From the IMG/VR virus record IMGVR_UViG_3300016263_000533, positions 1-30,648 of that record: a stretch of DNA of 30,648 nucleotides; one strand, written 5' to 3'. The DNA is from a virus. Its lineage: Duplodnaviria; Caudoviricetes. Position 1 is the first letter of the stretch; every line of letters starts with the position of its first letter. Positions 27,548 through 30,648 of this stretch are shown here, one piece after another. The notes under the pieces are model-generated. The model worked only from the letters and a program-made list of their open reading frames with translations, made no database searches and was not told where the DNA came from. A program made the translations under genes and the position numbers.

Positions 27548-27569
27548 CGGTGAGAGCCGAACCACAGAC

Positions 27570-27675
27570 AACACCCCCCTCAAGGCACCCCAAACGTACG
27601 GGAATGGGTACTAGACCATACCCCACGGGGTCCCCCCACGGGGCGGGGGGGTGCGCGTGCGCGGGCGTGGGCGGG
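27570..27675. other. Putative packaging start / genome terminus region
   Basis: C- and G-tracts, CCCCACGGGG twice (27621-30, 27634-43), coinciding with a sharp oligonucleotide-usage boundary. Inference only. Confidence 0.4.
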
Positions 27676-28009
27676 CTCGGGCTCGGTCGGCGACGGGGCT
27701 CGACGCGTGCCGAGCGTGCTGCCAGATCGGCGGCGGGGGGGAAGGGTCGAGGGGCAGCGGGTCGAGCGGGTCGAGAGTCCAGGCGGCAGGGCTGCGGGTC
27801 TGGCGGGGCTCGACGTTGCCCACACCGTGAGCGCGTCGGCATACCCCCCGACCTTCGGCGGGTCGAGTGTGTCGGCGAGTGTGCTGCGGGTGCTGGTTGC
27901 CGGCGGCGGGGGGTCGAGGGGTCCGCGACGGGCGTTTATTTCGCGTCTGCCGCGTCGGGCGGGGTCCGTTCGGGTGAAGGGTGCGGGCGATCTGGTCGAG
28001 GGAATGAGA

Positions 28010-28050
28010 GAGCCCGCCGCACTCGGTGGGGGTCGAGTGGCGGCGGGCTC
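28010..28050 (-). terminator. Hairpin ending the early arm transcript
   Basis: GAGCCCGCCGC / GCGGCGGGCTC 11-bp stem, extendable with ACTCG/CGAGT, 25 nt after the 28076 stop; weak pyrimidine tail. Confidence 0.6.
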
Positions 28051-28075
28051 GGTGGGCTCGCGGTGCGGGTGCGGG

Positions 28076-28381
28076 TTACTGGGTGGCGATCACCTGCCTG
28101 CCCGCTTCGATCAGCCGCCGCAGCGCGTCGAGCGCGCCCGTGTAGAGGTCGATCTCCTCGAAGTAGTCCGCGTCACTCGCCAGCCCTTCGGGGTCGATCA
28201 CGCCGCGCGCGAGTTCGTCGAGCGCACCGAGGCAGTACCGCGCGACCTCGGCAAGCGTCTCGGCGTAGGTGGCGGCGATCTCGGCGACCGTCTCCCCTTG
28301 CGCTTCGGCGACTGCTTCGCGCACGTCCTCGGCGAGTGTGGCGAGCACTTCGGCGAGGTGCTCGACGTTGTACGCGGTCAC
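28076..28381 (-). CDS. Small acidic helical early protein (101 aa)
   Basis: GTGA-coupled to the upstream gene; 21 Asp/Glu versus 6 Arg and 0 Lys by hand count. Confidence 0.75.
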   Translation of the reverse strand: MTAYNVEHLAEVLATLAEDVREAVAEAQGETVAEIAATYAETLAEVARYCLGALDELARGVIDPEGLASDADYFEEIDLYTGALDALRRLIEAGRQVIATQ

Positions 28382-29064
28382 TTGCCTGCCCCCTTCGCGG
28401 TGCGGCGTGCCTTCGGTGCGGCGGTGACGCGGTGCGGCTCGCGTAGCAGGCTCTCGGCGAACTCGACGAGGGGCGCGAGGTCGGCGGACAGGCGGTGCGC
28501 CAGTAGTCCCGCGTCGAGTTGTCGAGCGACCGCGGCGGTGCGCTTCACTTCGACGAGATCGCCCGCGGGGGCGAGCACGCTGCGCACGTCGGCGGTCGTG
28601 AGTGCGCGCCCGTCTTCGACGATCAAAACAACGTGTTGCCGACGTTCCGCGCCCGCGTGCGCCGCCTGCGTCGAGCGACGGAGTGCGAGGTAATCGGCGG
28701 TCACTACTTCGACGGCGTGCGCGGTGAAGCCGTGGGCGGCGAGTGTCGCGGCGGTCGGCGTGTCGTCGTGAAGGTCTGTCACGATCACGTCGAAGCGCGG
28801 CGGCAGATCGGAGAGCCCGACGAGTCCGGCGAGCGCGAGCGTGTCGAGTTCGCCGAAGCGCGTCACGTCGAGCAAGTGAAGGCGCGTCTTTACTTCGGTG
28901 CTGAGTTCGTCGCCCGTCGGCAGCGCGAGCGCGGCGCGGGTGTCGATGTCGTTAGAAACGAGCGCGACGCGGTGACCCGCTTCGGCAAGCGCGAGCGCGA
29001 GCGCGCACGCGGTGACCGTCGTGCCTTGTCCTGCCTTGTGGCTTCTGAGTGTTACTGCTTTCAC
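28378..29064 (-). CDS. ParA/MinD/CpaE(Ssd)-like P-loop protein with degenerate Walker A
   Basis: SHKAGQGTTVTACALA...GHRVALV...FDVIVTD...YLALRR; strong RBS motif. Confidence 0.75.
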   Translation of the reverse strand: MKAVTLRSHKAGQGTTVTACALALALAEAGHRVALVSNDIDTRAALALPTGDELSTEVKTRLHLLDVTRFGELDTLALAGLVGLSDLPPRFDVIVTDLHDDTPTAATLAAHGFTAHAVEVVTADYLALRRSTQAAHAGAERRQHVVLIVEDGRALTTADVRSVLAPAGDLVEVKRTAAVARQLDAGLLAHRLSADLAPLVEFAESLLREPHRVTAAPKARRTAKGAGK

Positions 29065-29156
29065 GGTGTGACCCTTTCGTTAGTGGCGGGCGGTGTTGCC
29101 CGTCGTGTCAGATGATACACGCGAACACGGGCGGCGCGTGAGATCGACGGGGAACG

Positions 29157-29186
29157 AAAAGAGCCCGCGCCGAGTGCGCGGGCTCT
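29157..29186 (-). terminator. Intrinsic terminator
   Basis: AGAGCCCGCGC / GCGCGGGCTCT stem with TTTT on the minus strand, after the 29211 stop. Confidence 0.8.
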
Positions 29187-29210
29187 CTCTCGGTTGAGGG
29201 GTCGAGCGCG

Positions 29211-29705
29211 TCAGCGCGTGAACGCGTCCGCCATTGCTTCGGCGAGGGGTCCGCGCGCTTCGCCCTCGTCGTCTACCGTCTCGCCCGTGTCGGGGAAGTG
29301 GAGACGCGAGAAGGCACGCCCGTCGTGATCGACGCACGACACGAGACGCACGCGGCGGCGACTCGGGTGCGAACTCGGCGCGCCGTCGATCTCGCCCGTT
29401 GCGGGGTTGATCGGCGCAGCCCAGCCCCACGTTACGAGCGCGACCGCGTAGCACCCTTCGGGGCGTGCGTACTCGCCCGCACGGAAGTCGTCGAGGAGGT
29501 CGTACACGTCCATTGACGTGCCGACCTTCTCCGCGTGCGTGCCGGTGAGCCCGTGAAGCGACGCAGGCGAGAACGCCCACAGTTCCGCGAGACTCGCGCC
29601 CTCGTTGTTTTCCACGGCGTGCCAGCCGCGCACCGTGTCGAGGAGATCGACGCAGCCACGCACGTCTGCCGCTTCCGTTGCTTTCTTGCTCTTGCTCTTG
29701 CTCAC
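29211..29705 (-). CDS. Hypothetical early protein (164 aa; WGWAAP...PSSHPSRRRVRL)
   Basis: Start moved to GTG 29705 behind the repeated RBS motif and its own promoter; followed by a terminator. Confidence 0.75.
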   Translation of the reverse strand: MSKSKSKKATEAADVRGCVDLLDTVRGWHAVENNEGASLAELWAFSPASLHGLTGTHAEKVGTSMDVYDLLDDFRAGEYARPEGCYAVALVTWGWAAPINPATGEIDGAPSSHPSRRRVRLVSCVDHDGRAFSRLHFPDTGETVDDEGEARGPLAEAMADAFTR

Positions 29706-29944
29706 TTGTGACCCTTTCGGTAGGTGACGCGTCGCCCGTTGCGGCGCGTCGGCATTGACAATACGACACAAGCAACGCCGAGCGCAAGCACCAGCGCAAG
29801 CACCGCAGGGGTCGAGCTCGACGAGTCCCGCGGACCTTCGGCGAAGTGGCGCGCGCCCGCCTGGACGGTGGCGACCGCTTCGACGCTGCACGCTTGCGGC
29901 TCGCCGAGGAACGTGCCGCAGATGGGGCTAATTCTGTCTTCCAT
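29702..29944 (-). CDS. Hypothetical protein (80 aa, possible C-terminal TM)
   Basis: Has the repeated RBS motif and a GTGA overlap, but its 3' half overlies the next cassette's promoter. Confidence 0.45.
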   Translation of the reverse strand: MEDRISPICGTFLGEPQACSVEAVATVQAGARHFAEGPRDSSSSTPAVLALVLALGVACVVLSMPTRRNGRRVTYRKGHK

Positions 29945-30093
29945 AGGTGTGACCCTTTCTAGGTTGCGGCGGCGATCTGCCGCCGAGGGTGAAAGTACCC
30001 GCCGAGCGTGTTTCGGTGGTGGATCGTCGAAAACCGCCTGTCACGTTGCGCGGAGATCGACGAGCCGACTGCCCGACGGGTGAAGGGTGCGGG

Positions 30094-30258
30094 TTACTCG
30101 GTCCCGCGGCGGGTGATCTCGTGGCGGGGGGCGTGGCGACCGACACCGAAGGGGAAGCGGTCACACTCGACGCCGCCGCCCTCGACCGCCCACACACCGC
30201 CGCCCACCGCGTACACCACACACCCGCACCACACACACACCGACGGGGGCGGGGTCAT
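30094..30258 (-). CDS. Small Cys/His (Zn-ribbon-like) protein (54 aa)
   Basis: ATG 30258 overlaps the upstream TGA; CVWC...C...H. Confidence 0.55.
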   Translation of the reverse strand: MTPPPSVCVWCGCVVYAVGGGVWAVEGGGVECDRFPFGVGRHAPRHEITRRGTE

Positions 30259-30648
30259 ACCCGCACCGCCCGCCGCACTTCGAGCCGCTGCCACGTCTCC
30301 GGCGACCCCGCGCCACCGTGGCGGGGGAAAATAACGTCACGCACCTGCCCCGAGGGGAGACACGCACCACACGCCGCACACGCGCCCGCGACGTGACCCA
30401 CCGAGAGCGAAGCGCGCCGCCCGTCGAGCCCCGAGACGTACGACGGCCCGAAGCCGTCGCCCGCCCACACGCTGCCCGCGGGGCAGGTCAGTCGCCCGAG
30501 TTGCTCGGTGCGGAACTCCTCGACGGTCACACGCAAGGCAGCCGCCTCGGTCGAATTGGCGACCAAGTACGCGACGGGCAGACCCCACCGCGCCGCCGCC
30601 TTGCCGTGGGTGCGCACGTTCTCGGCATCGACCGACACGAACCACCGC
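30255..30648 (-). CDS. C-terminal part of a GP88-like (Cys-rich, radical-SAM-like) protein, truncated at right edge
   Basis: Frame open to the window end; CPA...GACAACGAC...VIFPRH matches my recollection of the GP88-family C-terminus. Confidence 0.55.
   Translation of the reverse strand, partial: RWFVSVDAENVRTHGKAAARWGLPVAYLVANSTEAAALRVTVEEFRTEQLGRLTCPAGSVWAGDGFGPSYVSGLDGRRASLSVGHVAGACAACGACLPSGQVRDVIFPRHGGAGSPETWQRLEVRRAVRV

Larger units (their letters stand above)
29067..29959 (-). repeat. Start-associated 12-bp repeat GAAAGGGTCACA (3 copies)
   Basis: TGTGACCCTTTC at 29067-78, 29707-18 and 29948-59, each 1-3 nt from a start codon. Confidence 0.9.

Noticed and set aside
26929-27842. Minus-strand ORFs 26929-27531, 27345-27842 and 27611-27823 as genes
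   Set aside because: Low-complexity translations without RBS that run across promoter, terminator and DnaA-box elements.
72-30400. Numerous long + strand ORFs (e.g. 671-1537, 3628-4680, 13699-14766, 16737-18194, 27388-28446, 27707-28693)
   Set aside because: Antisense shadows of GC-rich minus-strand genes or of low-complexity DNA; Arg/Gly-rich, no RBS and no recognisable motifs.
1-30648. Prophage/host junction or integrase
   Set aside because: No integrase, att-like tRNA fragment or host housekeeping genes; ssb, whiB and the ParA-like gene sit in phage-style operons. Lifestyle cannot be determined from this window.

Overview
A 30.6-kb fragment of a tailed dsDNA phage with podovirus-like architecture: P22-type portal, tubular and nozzle tail proteins, ejection proteins, and no tape measure or tail tube in the window. 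WhiB, leaderless TANNNT promoters and TTGTCCACA DnaA boxes point to an actinobacterial host (inference). Essentially all real genes lie on the minus strand and are coupled by ATGA/TAATG overlaps; the + strand ORFs are GC-rich shadows. In transcription order (right to left): an early arm (about 27650-30648) of small cassette-like genes; a roughly 1.1-kb non-coding control region (26940-28075); middle genes (Zn-finger, DEDDh exonuclease, wHTH, SSB, HNH, WhiB fusion); packaging and head genes (terS, terL, portal, scaffold, MCP); tail fibres with a glycosyltransferase; lysis genes; and four ejection-type proteins. The last of these is a giant (>1170 aa) ORF running off the left edge that the ORF track missed. 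The most unusual signals are: (1) the control region, where the only clear + strand promoter precedes a multi-stem ~270-nt RNA ending in a G7-AA-G4 tract, followed by GCGAAG motifs, three DnaA boxes and a putative terminus, which suggests a ColE1-like RNA-primed origin; (2) an abrupt loss of restriction-type palindromes in the early arm, which is built from repeated promoter-hairpin-GAAAGGGTCACA cassettes; (3) a beta-sliding-clamp-like segment inside the giant ejection protein. All functional calls come from manual motif recognition; no searches were run.
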